Positions 15,803 to 29,400 of a stretch of DNA of 64,000 nt are shown here, in pieces. This DNA is from Saccostrea cucullata. Taxonomy: Eukaryota. The position numbers and the translations under genes were made by a program. Where the stretch lies: contig NW_026935501.1 in assembly GCF_032062105.1 (NCBI RefSeq), positions 1-64,000 of the forward strand, in the 5' to 3' direction. The notes beneath the pieces were generated by a model that was given only the letters and a program-made list of their open reading frames with translations, was not told the origin of the DNA and made no database searches. Each line of letters starts with the position of its first letter. Position 1 is the first letter of the stretch.

Positions 15803-16493
15803 TTTTCACGAATTGATTATCCTTTTTTGACCCGCATAGGGAAATTAATGAAAGAAATATAATCCTATAGCGATTGTTCCACCCTAATTACTATATACAT
15901 GTATACCTACATACTGTTTTATGGGTATATTTTATGCACATAGCGTACTTATTACCCCCCTTTCACTGATACTAAAATTATAAAATAAGAATACGTATGT
16001 TTACGTTTACTTATTTTCCTAATGCCTCAAGATTACATTATTTTTTTTCTTAATTTAAGTCATGGAATTCTATTCAATTAATAACGATTATGGACTCAAA
16101 GAAATAAAGTGATTGCTTTTAGCCTCTCTGTGCTTGCATTATTAATTTATGTCTTTTCATGTCAGAAAAGAAAAAAATACTTTTATATGACAAGAAGAAT
16201 AACTCTACGTGATTTATATCGTCAAGTTTTACTTCTAGAAATGTAAATCATTGTACATTATTTTTTATATAATTTGTTGTTTTGATTTCAGTAAAAATAT
16301 CAGTCATTCAAATTGGATATCTATAATAGATTTCAGTTAAAAAAAAAAACATACACACTCTTCATAAACTGAAAAATACACCATATATGGCTAAAAATTA
16401 AAATAAGAAAAAAAATTACAATTTTCACACTTACTCTCTATTTGACATAGACTCATTGTTTCACAAAAATAGCTCTGTTTTTTCTACTTTTTC
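14190..16493 (+). repeat. Segmental duplicate of the upstream flank at 1-3565
   Basis: Near-identical colinear sequence (starts cctcataagaatttaaag in both). About 1.2 kb (65-1270) is present only in the first copy. Confidence 0.93.
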
Positions 16494-16909
16494 ACTGTTT
16501 ACATCCGGGTATTCAAGCAATCTACTTATAGCATAACTTTTACATATACAAAATGGTCATTCGATTTTTTTTAATACTTGCTGTGGATTCTGGGTATACA
16601 ATTAAACAACTTATTCATAACATCATATCATCTTTATCAAATGCTGTAAAATACAATTACGATATTTTTTTTTTCAAATTTATTCAATTTGCGTTTGATT
16701 ATATAGTAGGCATTCTTTCATCCAAAAATTATGCCGATTATGTTTGATCACCTGTAATAAATAGTTTGTTAGATGTTTTGCCTTCAACAAGTCTGATTTT
16801 AAACTTTTAGATAATAAAAACACTTCACATCAAATCTGGTAAATATATTTCTGAAGTGTATCAAAGATACAGGTCTTTCTGGAAAACATTTTTCTTGTGC
16901 AACCTGCAA

Positions 16910-17211
16910 AAGTTCATCTCAACGGTTTACTTGCATTTCGTGCCAATGTTTTGACATTTGACGGCAATATAAGACTCATTTTTGATAATTGGACACCTGT
17001 GACGTATCAGAACTGGAATTCTAACGACGAGGTTGAGACGAAAGTTGACCCAATTCTTGGCCTCCTTTTGACTTATCATAACGATGGTAGGTGGCGCTGT
17101 GTGACTGAGAGAAACTACACGTACTATACAGGAGAAGACGGACTAAAACTTCCCTTTATTTGTGAGGATTCTCCATTTTATTTAAAGCCAGAAGAGTGTT
17201 TTGTTATATAA
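16910..17211 (+). pseudogene. Orphan last exon (CTLD C-half) of a third CTLD-PR/SET copy
   Basis: 302-nt homologue of exon 8, still open but with acceptor CAG>CAA. A junction near 16494 joins pre-exon-1 flank directly to intron-7 sequence, so exons 1-7 are deleted. Confidence 0.88.
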
Positions 17212-17515
17212 TGTTTCATTCTCTTTAGATAAAAATAAACATTTGCAACTATTATTTTCTTCATAATTTCATTGAGCATGGTGTAAAAAAAGTATTAATA
17301 CTAGTAATTATAGTCTTGAGTCTTCTCAAGTTTATTTAGTATATTCGACAACTCGGAAGAGATCCAGATTTATCCGAATGATTAAAAACACTATGGATAG
17401 CATAGAGACAGAATGTGCATTATATTATGGCGTCTCGATATATTTGTGAGGAAACTTACACTAAGATCTTTTCTCCCCATACGTATAAAATTTTATTTTA
17501 CACAGTAATATTATC

Positions 17516-18140
17516 ATTTTTATGCACCCGTTATTCAAGAGTTAGGGGCATACATATTTTCCTCTGACAGTTTGTCCGTCTTTCTGTTTGTTTGTCAGAT
17601 TATCTGTTTAATTGATATCATCTTTTCATACTCATTTATTTTGACAAGACTTTCTTGAATACCAACAGTTTTAATCTTGAACTTATGGATTTGACTTTCT
17701 TTTATAAATGAAAAAAAAACTTTAACCTTGGCCGTAGCCACTGAGTGGTTAGTATTAGGTGTTTACTACTTTACTGGTTTATCTCTTGTGGTAAGAGCTT
17801 GTCTTGAATACCAATATCTTAATCCTTTTACTTGAACCTGAGACTTTTAAATGGTTGATTCTGTGACTTTTATATTTCATCTGTGTAGTCTTTGTGAAAT
17901 TTCTTGGAAATCATTTATACTAAATCCTCGACTTTGTCCAGTTTGACCTACTTTTGAAAGTCTTTCACTCTTGTCATCAATATTGAACTGTTGCTGCTCT
18001 TATGCTTTTTATTTCTCTAAGGTTGACTCATTGTGAGAAGCTTTTCTTTTGGTACAAAAATTAATTATCTCTTGACCGAAAACATTCATCATAAGCTGCA
18101 ATACAAGAGCACCTTTGTTTAACAAACTTTTCTTGAATTC
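17516..18140 (+). mobile_element. Older HINE-like element, with a counterpart near 43830-44805
   Basis: ttttatgcaccc..ggggcata..gtccgtc start, tgacct-rich body, end ctttgtttaacaaacttttcttg. Confidence 0.6.
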
Positions 18141-19900
18141 TAACAATTAGCTCCTACAAACTTTTCCAATTTATTAAACTACAAATTCCAAGTTGTATTT
18201 TATATTTTTTTTCAACATGCATATATGTTCCATAGTCTACAAATCGCATAATAGAGAATGACTTGTCTTAACACACATATAAATTTTTGTGTCATTTTTT
18301 AGCACACTGGATTTTTTTCTTTTCAAGTAGATGTAGTCTCATAATTGCAAAGGTATTTGCAAGCATATTGATTTATGTTAAATGGCTAGGTCTTATTTGA
18401 AAAGAAAGTAGCAGATAAAAGATAGCATCTCAAACAATGAATCAGTGCTTATTTTTGTACTTTTTCTAACTTCTTGTCTTGATTTGGAAATCTTAATTAC
18501 ATTTATTTAGAAAACTTAAATTATCTACAATGTAAGTAACAATCAATCTAAATGATTTTAATTTTTGATTTTCGCTGATAACATTGCTCTTGCACGGCAT
18601 TGAACGTTTGTGATGTCAGGATAAAACACCTATTACACATTGTAACCTTTTTACCCCCGTTCTGTGTTATGGTGAATTGGAAAAAGATAAAAAAAAAATA
18701 CAGTATCGATATTAGGCTACGATGACCCCCATTCTGTGTTATAATGTTTTGAAATAAAAAAAAAGCAGTATCGATATAAGTTTACTATGACGTACATGTA
18801 TCTTGTGCATTCAAAAGCAGAAAACTCTATTTTTTTCAAATGATTATCTGTAGCAATAAAAAATATTGATCTTAAAAAAAATTGATTCGCGGATTATAAA
18901 GCGTAAACTGACCCAAACCAGGTTATAATCGAATAATTTGGCCAAGAATTAGAGTCATTCCTTAAATAACTATCGTATAATTAGATTTGTGGAAAGAAAT
19001 ATTCAGTACGTCTGACTTCATTTTTTTAAGCTTATTTCATCCATAATATGAAAAAACTCAATATTATCCATTTAAGCGTTTTTATAGTAGATTAATGGAT
19101 AATAAATACTCATCAATTTAAAATATTGCATGGATGGAAAAAAAGACAGTCTTATTCTTTTAAAGAAACATAATCTCAGATGTATTATAATGCAAAACAT
19201 TAAAATCAGGTATATCTTATATATTTTTTTTATAATCGTCTTGAAATCTTTATTGCAATGAAACCTGTTTTATCTGACATGCACATGTAGCAGATTATAA
19301 ATGTATGTGTCGGAATAAACAAAGTGTAGTATTGCTGCGTGTAAATATCATGGACATAAGTATATATGAGAAATGGAATTGAATGGCGGACACCACAGTA
19401 AAACGTTTTGCCTATATGTCGGATTAAACAGGTTCCACTGTAATAGCTTTAACAATTAAGTAATCTTCATCCTAATTATCTGTCCAGATATATTCGTTTA
19501 TCAGTGTTTGTAAATAACAACGAAATATGTGTAATTTATAATTTATTACAACACATATCCTGTTCTCCATTTTTACTGAATACATTTAGTAGAAAAAAAA
19601 TACCATGATTTATTGCTTTAAAAAATAGTTCATCCCCCCTTCTTTACAGGAAACATATTCATTTACAAGTTTGTCACTTTATGTCAACCTTTATTTAAAA
19701 AAATAAAACCGCGATAAACATTAATCTTAAGTCGTCTCTTGGATTACGGATGGTCTTTCATCTGTGAAAAAAAGGATTAAATTAATGCTTCACAAATATA
19801 ATATAATATTGTTCTATTTAAAAAAAACATTTATAACTGAAATTTTTACAGAAATACAAAAACAAATAAAACCTGGTAATTAAGGTTTAATGAGGTTTAC

Positions 19901-20156
19901 CTAGTGACGTCTGATCATCATGGTGGTCCCCTTCACTGATGTCCCACTCGTTACTATGGGTTTCCATGGGTACACCCAGGACTCCGAAGACCGGGGACCG
20001 TTAAGGAAGGCTCGGTTACACCAGTTAAACCACCAGCCTCCTCTGAAGAGAGCAGCACAATTACCATCACTCCACCTGTCATTGTCCCTGTCTGGGTACT
20101 GAAGTACATCCCAGACAGATCGTTTTTGGGGTAACCTGTGTCTAACATAGAGTCAC
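19901..20156 (-). pseudogene. Terminal exon of a duplicated FReD pseudogene
   Basis: GDSMLDTGYPKNDLSGMYFST, then a 1-bp deletion, then DRDNDRWSDGNCAALFRGGWWFNWCNRAFLNG..KGTTMMIRRH*. Flanks are homologous to those of 45902-46320. Confidence 0.9.
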
Positions 20157-23100
20157 CTGTAAAGTTAAACAAAAGGAATCACAGAGTTAACTGATTTTTA
20201 TATCTTTAAACTAATTGTCATTGATAATACTGAGGTAATTCTAAGATAGGCAGATTTAGGTGCTGGAAAGAGTGATAATGTTTAATTTAAATACTGATGT
20301 ACGTCTGAGATATACAGTTTGACGTGTTGTTTCCTGTAAATAGAGATAAAAATAATACAAAAAGACAAAACACTACACAATTCACATAGCCTCCTTCCTA
20401 GTGTAACAATAAACAACAGACGTGTTACACTTTTAAGCTTTTATAAAACATCACAAAATGAAATTTTAATATTTGTCCGAGACCGTGCATTTAAACATGT
20501 ATAACAAGCAATACTAAGTAAATCATTAAAAACGAGATAAGATATGGTGTATCTGTGAATGGTTTCAGATGGTATATTTCCTATTAAATAAATGGAAATG
20601 TGAAACGGGTTAACGTCTTTAAAACTTGGCTTTTAAGCTTTTTTTATTTGAATATTTATCTGATCAAATTTTTTTTATCATCAGATTTTCGTAAACCTTT
20701 CGACATTTAACATACATGACGCATTGTAATCTTTCTATTCCATAGTAGTAAAAAATGTAATTCATTGAAAATCAGACTATCGCAGCTAGGATAAGGCTGC
20801 CCGTAAAATATCAAACTGTTCAAACTGTAGTAACTTCTCTGAACTACCTAGATATGACATCATAATAGAATATGACTTCAAACAATTACTTGAGCTGACA
20901 TATACAAAAGTGTCATAATTATTACAGGGGCATGTAGATTTATTATGGGGATTTGTGTTAAAATTCAAGAGTAAGGTTTGTTTTTTACAGCTTGTGTGTG
21001 CTGTTATAATGTTTAACATTTAATATTTAAATATATTAAATTCCTTTTGCTTGTCGGATATGCATATATTAAGCAGGTTGTATTTGATGAAAAAAATTAT
21101 GTTTGCATAATATTTTTATTTTACATTTACATCAATAATTTGTATGGTTTACAATTGTGGGTTTTTTGGCTAGTATTTTACAATTTACACAAATCCATTT
21201 CTCATTCAATTTTATTAGATGTTATCTCAATAGTGTACAAACAATGAATCTACAAAGTAGAAATATTTCAAATCTAAGCCTGAATTTTGCTAGAATTAAA
21301 AAATTTACAATCATGATTTAGCTCAATTTTTGAATAAATTTCTACATACTAGTAGTAAATATACTGAAGTAATTATAAATAATCTTATAGTATTGTATGT
21401 AAAATTTTATTAAAACACAACAGGTAAAATATTTTCATTTAACAAGACTGCAAAATTGACTGAAACTGCCCCTATTAAAACTTCTTTATAAATGGCTTTT
21501 CAATTTCCCACAATAAATTATATCATACTTTGCATAATTAAGAGTAAAAGTTGCCAATAAAAGTTATCCATTCTTTTTACATGTACATTTTAATAAGACA
21601 CACTAAGCCACTAACAAGAAACTCGCCCACAAGCAACAGCAAAAGGATTCAGAGACACACCTTTCTCTTGCTTGGGTATCAAGATCTGCGTAAACTTTGC
21701 AAAGCTTTAGACCACCCTTATATTGTTTCCCAAGTATTTCAACAATAGATTCCATGAACTTATTATCCAAGTTCAATGAAAAATACTTAATGTTGACTGT
21801 GAAAAAACAAGTTAAAAAAATCCTTTATATCATTTGATTATGTCAATTCAAATTTAAGGAAAAACTTTATCACAATTTTAGCATGCTTAAATTTGTTTAC
21901 AATACATGTATCAAAAATTTCTGTTCCAACTGAAATTTTATCAATTGTAATATAACAAATTAAATCAACGTTAATTGGAATGCAAAACATTTCAAAGTGA
22001 TATTTTCAACTTTGCTTTAAAATATCAAAAATTTAATTAGCTCTGGAATCAAAAACATGCACATATAAAATCCTGTATAAAATAAGTAAAATATATTTAA
22101 CAATTTTTTTAGCCTTAATTACAATTCCAACTTCATAATTCATAAATCTCTTACTTCAAATGGAAGGAAACAAATTAATATTTTACTCTTGCAATTCTCA
22201 TTTATTTACCCTTGCAATATCAATTTTAATAATTAAAATCACAATTCAACCCTTTTTTAGTTCCATAAATGTCTCTACCTCATTTGCCTATTAATTTTCA
22301 ACATCATGACTTTTGTGTGAACAAAAACTTGCCCAAAGCAAAGCAAAAATGGTCAAGGACATATTTCTTACTTGGGTATCAAGATCTGCAACTTACTGCC
22401 AGCAAAGCTCTTTAACTACCCTTGATCTGATTATCATTTTTTCCAAAAAATGTCCATGTACTGATTATTCAAAAGGTACATATATGTGATATATAAATCA
22501 TGATTAAAATGTATGTGATTTTTTTAAACAATAATATACATGTTTTAATCTGAAATCAAGCATAAGAAAAAACTTTCACTGTCAAAAATACAACACTAGG
22601 TATATTTTTCTTATCTAAAATTTAATTTGTGCAAAACAGTAGCAACTCAGATATTTCATCTCTAATAGCCCATCTCTGTTCAATTAATACATCCATAGGT
22701 TTGACTCTTTTAGATCTTTATTTGTCCTAGTTCTTCTTATGCTCTGCCTTTTAGTATGATTTGAGAATGGCACTTTTGGTGTCCTATATCTTTGAAGAAA
22801 CAAATGAACGCAACTTCAGCTTTCTAATTTCATAGATAGTAAGATCTTTAGAATCATTTTTTGTACTATGAAAATGTAATCAATATTTAAAACTCTCTTT
22901 TCTTGCTTCTCTCTCTCTTCATGCCAAGAAGTCTTCTCTCTCTTGGAGAAACCTTATTAAGTTCCTTTAATTTCTACAATAAACATACTAAATACCTATT
23001 TGCCTATATATTATTATATGTGTGCTTCTGGATTTATGCAATTGCATATATTAAATAGTAAAAACAAAATCTGAGTTGATTTTAAAATTATTATTTGACC

Positions 23101-26100
23101 TAGAGGAAACACAGCTCAATTTTGCTTAATTAAAAATTTACAGAAGACTACAAAAGATATGCCATTTTTTCTCTTTAATAAAGACAGATAATTATCTATA
23201 ATTTCAGGCCAGCGAGCTACAGATTTCTCAGGCCAGCTCTCTCTCTCTCGAAGCTCTCTTCTCTAATGATTTTTTCTCTCTCCATCTTTTTGTTTGGAGC
23301 ATTTTACTCTCTTGACCTTGAACATTTGAGGTCTCCTTTTCTCTGCTCTCCACACTAATTCTTTCATTTCTCTACTATGGATATGGTAAAAAGCTGTCAT
23401 AAACAAAATATGAAAAATTAATAACAGGTGTGGCTCTCCATAGAAAGAATATACAAAAAGGAGAAAAAATATACAAACAGGGTATACTTATGACTAACAT
23501 GACTACAGCAAGAAGATAACATTTTACACAATGAAAAAAATTCTCTGTCATCTAGTTAAGTGAATTGCATAAAAAACATATAATTATATGTAAAGATCAA
23601 ATTTATAAACCTGTACAAAATATGATATGAAACATACATAATGGTACAGTAGTCCGAGCACATAGATTTACAAAGTTTAGGAAAATGCAAAGAATAGCAT
23701 TTACAGCATTTATCATATTAAGACACACATATATATAGTTTCACAGCAGCAAGCTGCAGAATTTGTGGAAGTGTTGTAAATTGGGGACTGGTGACTTTTT
23801 GCCATCTTTTTTTTTTAGCAATTTACCAATGTATTTACCTGCTTGACCTTGAATCGCAGCCCTTTTCTTCGTGTTTCTCCACGATTTTTATTTAATGTAG
23901 CAGAAAGATACTATGGATAAAAAAAAATATGAAAAAATAAAAGCAGGTATGGCATCTCAACTGAAAAAATATATAAACAGATGTATTTTTGATATAGAGC
24001 AAGTAGATAACATTCATACAATAATAAAATCTTCAAACTTTGTGATCTAGTACATATTATGATATGTATTATATTAAATTTGAGACAAAAAACATGATAT
24101 GAAATGGGTTACATACTCGGAACACATGGAATTTAAGAGTAAACTTAAATGCAAAAAAATATTGTTAAATTTATGTGAATGGTTAGCATTACAGCATTTA
24201 ACATGCAAGTTATTGGGATAATGAACAAGTGATTTAACATAAAGTAAAATATATTAACAACTTACACTGTAGATTGTAAGTTTTTTAAGTGGACAACAAA
24301 TGCAAACTTCCAGTAAATGGTGGCAATCTCATACACAATAAGTTGTACAACAAATGATTAGTTTGTACCTCATACTGGGTAGCCAAATATCTGGTCAAGT
24401 CACTTTTAGGAAGAGAGCCTCAGCAAGTTCAATGTGGATCATTCCCATAGCTACTTCAAACTTTTCTGGCACAATTTCTGAAAGAAAAGATGTATCTTGC
24501 AGGGATTTTTATTCAAACTACGAATAATTCTCATGAATGTAAAAATTTGAAAAGTTTTTAGATGACAGACGAATACCAGACACAGAACAGAAAACTCGCT
24601 CGGGTCTTAAAATGGCTCAGGTGAGCTAAAATAAATCAATTCATGTGATTTTATTGATCTTATCAGAAAATGTAAGAAATCTTACCGTTGTGTTAATCTT
24701 CGTACTGCTTTTGTCATTTCTTGTGAGCATTTGGACTCCTGTAAATAATGCATGCATAATTGTGCATCATAGACATGATAGAATGTGATAGCTATTTTTA
24801 ATAATTCATGCTTACGTATTTAACGTAAAAAAATTATGCATAGCTCTGAATCCATTGCTATTGTATTTTTAAGATAAGGAAAATAAGAATATAAACCTCG
24901 TATTGTCTACTTGGTATATAGCATTTCAAGTTGTTGCAATATTTTTTATACTTTTATGCATAAAAATACAAGTTAATAAAACATTGTTTGTTTATTTGTG
25001 ATAATAGAAAATTTGAGAGGTATGGTTCTCACCATTTTCACAAGCTGTCTACATAGCCGGCGTTATGGGGAATCGTCTCAGGCACAGACCACACTGCAAC
25101 TATTTAAATAATCAAAATAAGTGCTCAATATATTCTTGAGTAGGCATTAAGAAATAAATAAATAATTTATTACATTGTACAACACTCTCTGTAAATGCTG
25201 AACAGAGGAACACTTTAGTGACAAAAATTCTGAAACCAATTCGAAATCCATCTTTAAGTAAGATGGTTAAGTGTTAAATAATTATTACAAAATGTAAAAA
25301 GCGCTTGCCCAAACGATTTTACTGCCAGGCATTTTATGTGTACAGCCCAGACTAAGGAACAGTAACATTATGAGTAGCAGAGGCAATTATTCATTCAAGG
25401 ACACATGATAAAATTTTGTACATTGTTCCTACCGCTAAACAGGGTCGTAAATGTCTTCATCTTCTATTAAAACATAAATTCCATCCAAAGTTTATCATGC
25501 TTCTCCTTACATCGAGTAACTCTCTTTGCCCATTCCTCCCGTACAACATCATGATCAAAATTCAACATGGCTGCGTGGAACTCTCCAAAAAATTGAATTT
25601 CGGCGCGGTGTGTTGTTTTTTTTAAAATAAATTGCTTTTCGAGCCCGACTTCGATCCCGATGTAATTGTACTACAGTGGTAGTCGATAGAGAAAACACTA
25701 AGTTATATTCCACAGTTTTGAAAAATCTACATAAGGGTTAAATAAATAAAAATGAGAAATAAATAAATTAAAATGAATAGGGTGCCTAAATATTTTTTTT
25801 CAAAAATGTTTCAACATAAGTTTACATTAGGTATAAAGAATTATTTATGACATATTCAAAATACCAAAAATGTACTTAAACTTTAAGTATAAGCATATTT
25901 ACTTTTACATGTCGATATTCTTAAACGGGACGTATAATTATCTCAATTAAACTATATTATTCTCGACGTATTTTGCATTAAATATGATTATACTTATTTG
26001 AAAACTGTATTTAATTATATCACAATATATCTCATGTAAAATGTAGCGTTATACATAAATTAAATTCAATACAAGAAATTTACTGGAGTATACGAATTTA

Positions 26101-26232
26101 TTAAATTATATTAAACGCGACTTTTCATGCAGTGAGATTTTCGTAAACCTTTCGACATTTAATATTAATGACGCATTGTAAACTTTCTATTCCATAGTAG
26201 TAAAGAATGTAATTCATTGAAAATCAGACTAT

Positions 26233-26367
26233 CGCAGCGAGGATAAGGCTGCCCGTAAAATATCAAACTGTTCAAACTGTAGTAACTTCTCGGAACTACC
26301 TAGATATGACATCATAATAGAATATGACTTCAAGTCACTGCATACTTGAGCTGACATATCGAGGAAA

Positions 26368-26403
<36 letters not shown>

Positions 26404-29400
26404 TATATTAAGAGGGATTTGACCCGATTAGTGCAATGCACTAGTCTTCCTCGGGGTTTTAAAAAAACAATAATACAATAATGAAATCATTGTACAATAA
26501 TAAATAATACAACATGACGTAAAAATACAAGTACATATAGATTTCAGGAGATTTTAGCTTGCGGCATGTTATTATGAATTTTTCTACATTTTTACGAAAT
26601 GTGTGTAAATTCTGTGAAAAACGTATGTACAAAGGTAGTTTGTTCCATAAATGAACAAATAATGAAAAGAATTTTTAAATTGATTTGTTCAAAAAAAATA
26701 TTTCGGTAGATGAAGGTCATAGTTTGTTTCAGATCGTAGAGCATAACTACTAGAAGAAATAAATTCAAAAGAGTCTCTTAAATAAGTAGGTGCCATACCA
26801 TGAAGTGTTTTGTACAGTAATATATATTTATGAAAATCAATCAACTCGTAAATAGTCAGCCATCCAAGTTTTTCGAATAATGGTAGTGAAGGGGCATCAT
26901 AATTTTCTAGTATAATACGGGCTGCCCTTTTTTGCAATTTAAAAACTCTATCTATGCCAGCACCTGGCGCATTACCCCAAATAGTTAGGCAATAATTCAA
27001 AGACAGAATGTTGCATTATAGAATAGTTTTCTTGTGTGTAAGGGAAGGAATTTTTTAATTTTGCGCAACGTATATAATTTATATGTCAAAGATTTACAAA
27101 CTGAGTCAATATGGTGATTATAGCGCAATGAACCATCAATATGCACTCCCAGAAGTTTTTCAGATTCAACATTTTCAATTAATTTGTTTGAAGCATATAA
27201 ATTTAGTTCAGGTGAATCTATTCTTGATTTTCTCTGCTGAGTTCCCATAAGCATACATTTTGTCTTATTGGTATTTAACACCATTTGATTTTTGGAACAC
27301 CAATTTTCAATCTCACACAAATCAAAGTTAAGGGCATTCTCAATACCTTCTATATTTTTATGATATGTATGCAAGGTTGCAGTTCATCGGCAAACATATC
27401 AATATCTGTTCTATTTACATGTAAAGGGAGATCATTTATATACAATAAAAATAATAGGGGACCTAAAATAGAACCTTGGGGCACTCCTGCTGTGACGGGC
27501 AAAAAATCAGAGGAATATGTTCCTATTTTTACACACTGAGACCTTGAGGTTAAATAAGAATGAAACCATTTAATAGCCCTTTGATCAAAGTGATATGATT
27601 GAAGTTTACTTATAAGAATTTCATAATTAACCAAATCAAATGCCTTGCTAAAATCAATGAAAGTTATGCCTACTAGATTTCCTTGGTCCATAGCTTGTAG
27701 CCAATTATCGTAAGTTTTGTAAGAGCCGTTTGACAGGAATGAAATTCTCGAAAAGATTGTGATTTAAATAAAAGATAAAGTTAGAGGCAAAGTTACGTAT
27801 TTGATTTGCTATGTGTTTTTCAACTAATTTTGATAATGTTGGAAGAATGGATATTTCTGTAGTTCCCTGGATCTGCGTGGTCGCCATTTTTGAAAATAGG
27901 AGTGACTTTTGCTTGTTTTAAACTGGATGGAAATACTCCATTAGTGATACTAGCATTTATAAGATGTGTAATAGATTTACATATGACATTTGCCGAAAGT
28001 TTTAGAAGACGATGTCCGATAAAGTCTATACCGGCTGACTTATTTACATCAAGTGTATTCAACATATTCAATACTTCAAATTCAGTTATTTCATTAATAC
28101 TGAAAACATTTTCTTTCCCTAGCTTAGTTTCTGTATACCGATTTAATAATTCTGAATCAAAACTTTGTACTGACATATCTGCTAATAATTTACAGGATAT
28201 ATCAGTAAAGTGTTTGTTAAAAATATCAACAATATCCTGTAAATCTTCAAAATCTAAACCATTTTGTGTAATATTCAAAGTTTTGGATTTAGATGCCAAA
28301 TGGTTTAAATAACTCCACATTTCTTTAGGACTTGAGCTTTCTTCATTTTGCAGATTTGTAATACTTTGATTTTGCTTGATCTATTAATTGTGTAACTTTA
28401 TTTCTCCAAATTTTGTAATTTTCTGAATTCCTTTGTAAATGATATGTATCGCGTAAATGTCTGGCACCATTTATTTCCTGTGTTAGCCATTTAGGTCGAA
28501 TTTCAGTCAACTCTTTTTGTTTTTACTTTGGCATGCCTGTTAAGAATATCATTAAACAATTCATAAAATTTATTCAATTTCGTTTGGGTCTTTAAGTTTA
28601 AGAAAGTGTTAAAATTTGCATTTTCTAACTCTCTCAAAAACTCGTTTTCGTTGAATTGTTTAAAATCTCTATATTGGATTTAGTATGTTTTCCTCTACGA
28701 TGTATATAATTAGTTTTCCGTGTCAAACATACAGGGTAGTGGTCAGAAATAGCAACAGGGGGCACATTTGTTTCACATATGTTTTCTGGTTTAGTTGTAT
28801 AAAAATGATCAATTAAGGTACTTAGGTATTGTTATTCTAGTAAACAGTAACTAGATTGAGAAAGTCCAAACTACTCTAAAGCAGATGTCCAATATTGTGT
28901 GTTTCATTAGATCAATATTAAAATCACTGATAGAATAATTTCAGTATGTCACAGCAGGAGGCACGGTTTCCCTTCTAGGTTTAACCCAGTAAGGGGGCAA
29001 ATGGTGGACGATAAAGAGCAATAAAATATAGGTTTTGAATTTTTTAGATTTATCTCTAGCCATATTGTTTCAATATTACTGATTTCAAAATCAGTTCTAC
29101 GTTTATAAGAAATGTCATTCGAAATGTATATTAAAATTCCACCACCTGCCCTTAGTTTCGATCTTTTCTTTCAAAAACAAAGCCCTCAATATTTAATTCA
29201 GCGTTGCCTATCTACGGTCAAAAAAGTTTACATATACCTAAAACTTGTCTAAAGTTTGCCTATTTTGGAGCAATAGTTTTATTTCGTCAATTTTTGGAAT
29301 AATTGACAAATATTTAAATTTCCGAATCGTAAACCTTTTTTTACCAATCCAAATCCTTGGTTATTTTGTGTTGTTTGAAATCATTATTAAAAAAGTCAAA

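Larger units (their letters stand above)
17212..20780 (+). repeat. Segmental duplicate of the intergenic and FReD 3' region at 43451-47083
   Basis: Colinear blocks, e.g. gtcggattaaacaggttccactgtaatag near 19418 and 45446, and aacgagataagatatggtgtatctgtgaat near 20531 and 46832. Confidence 0.88.

Noticed and set aside
27285-28312. Plus-strand ORFs of 84 and 140 aa
   Set aside because: Antisense shadows of the LINE RT frame.
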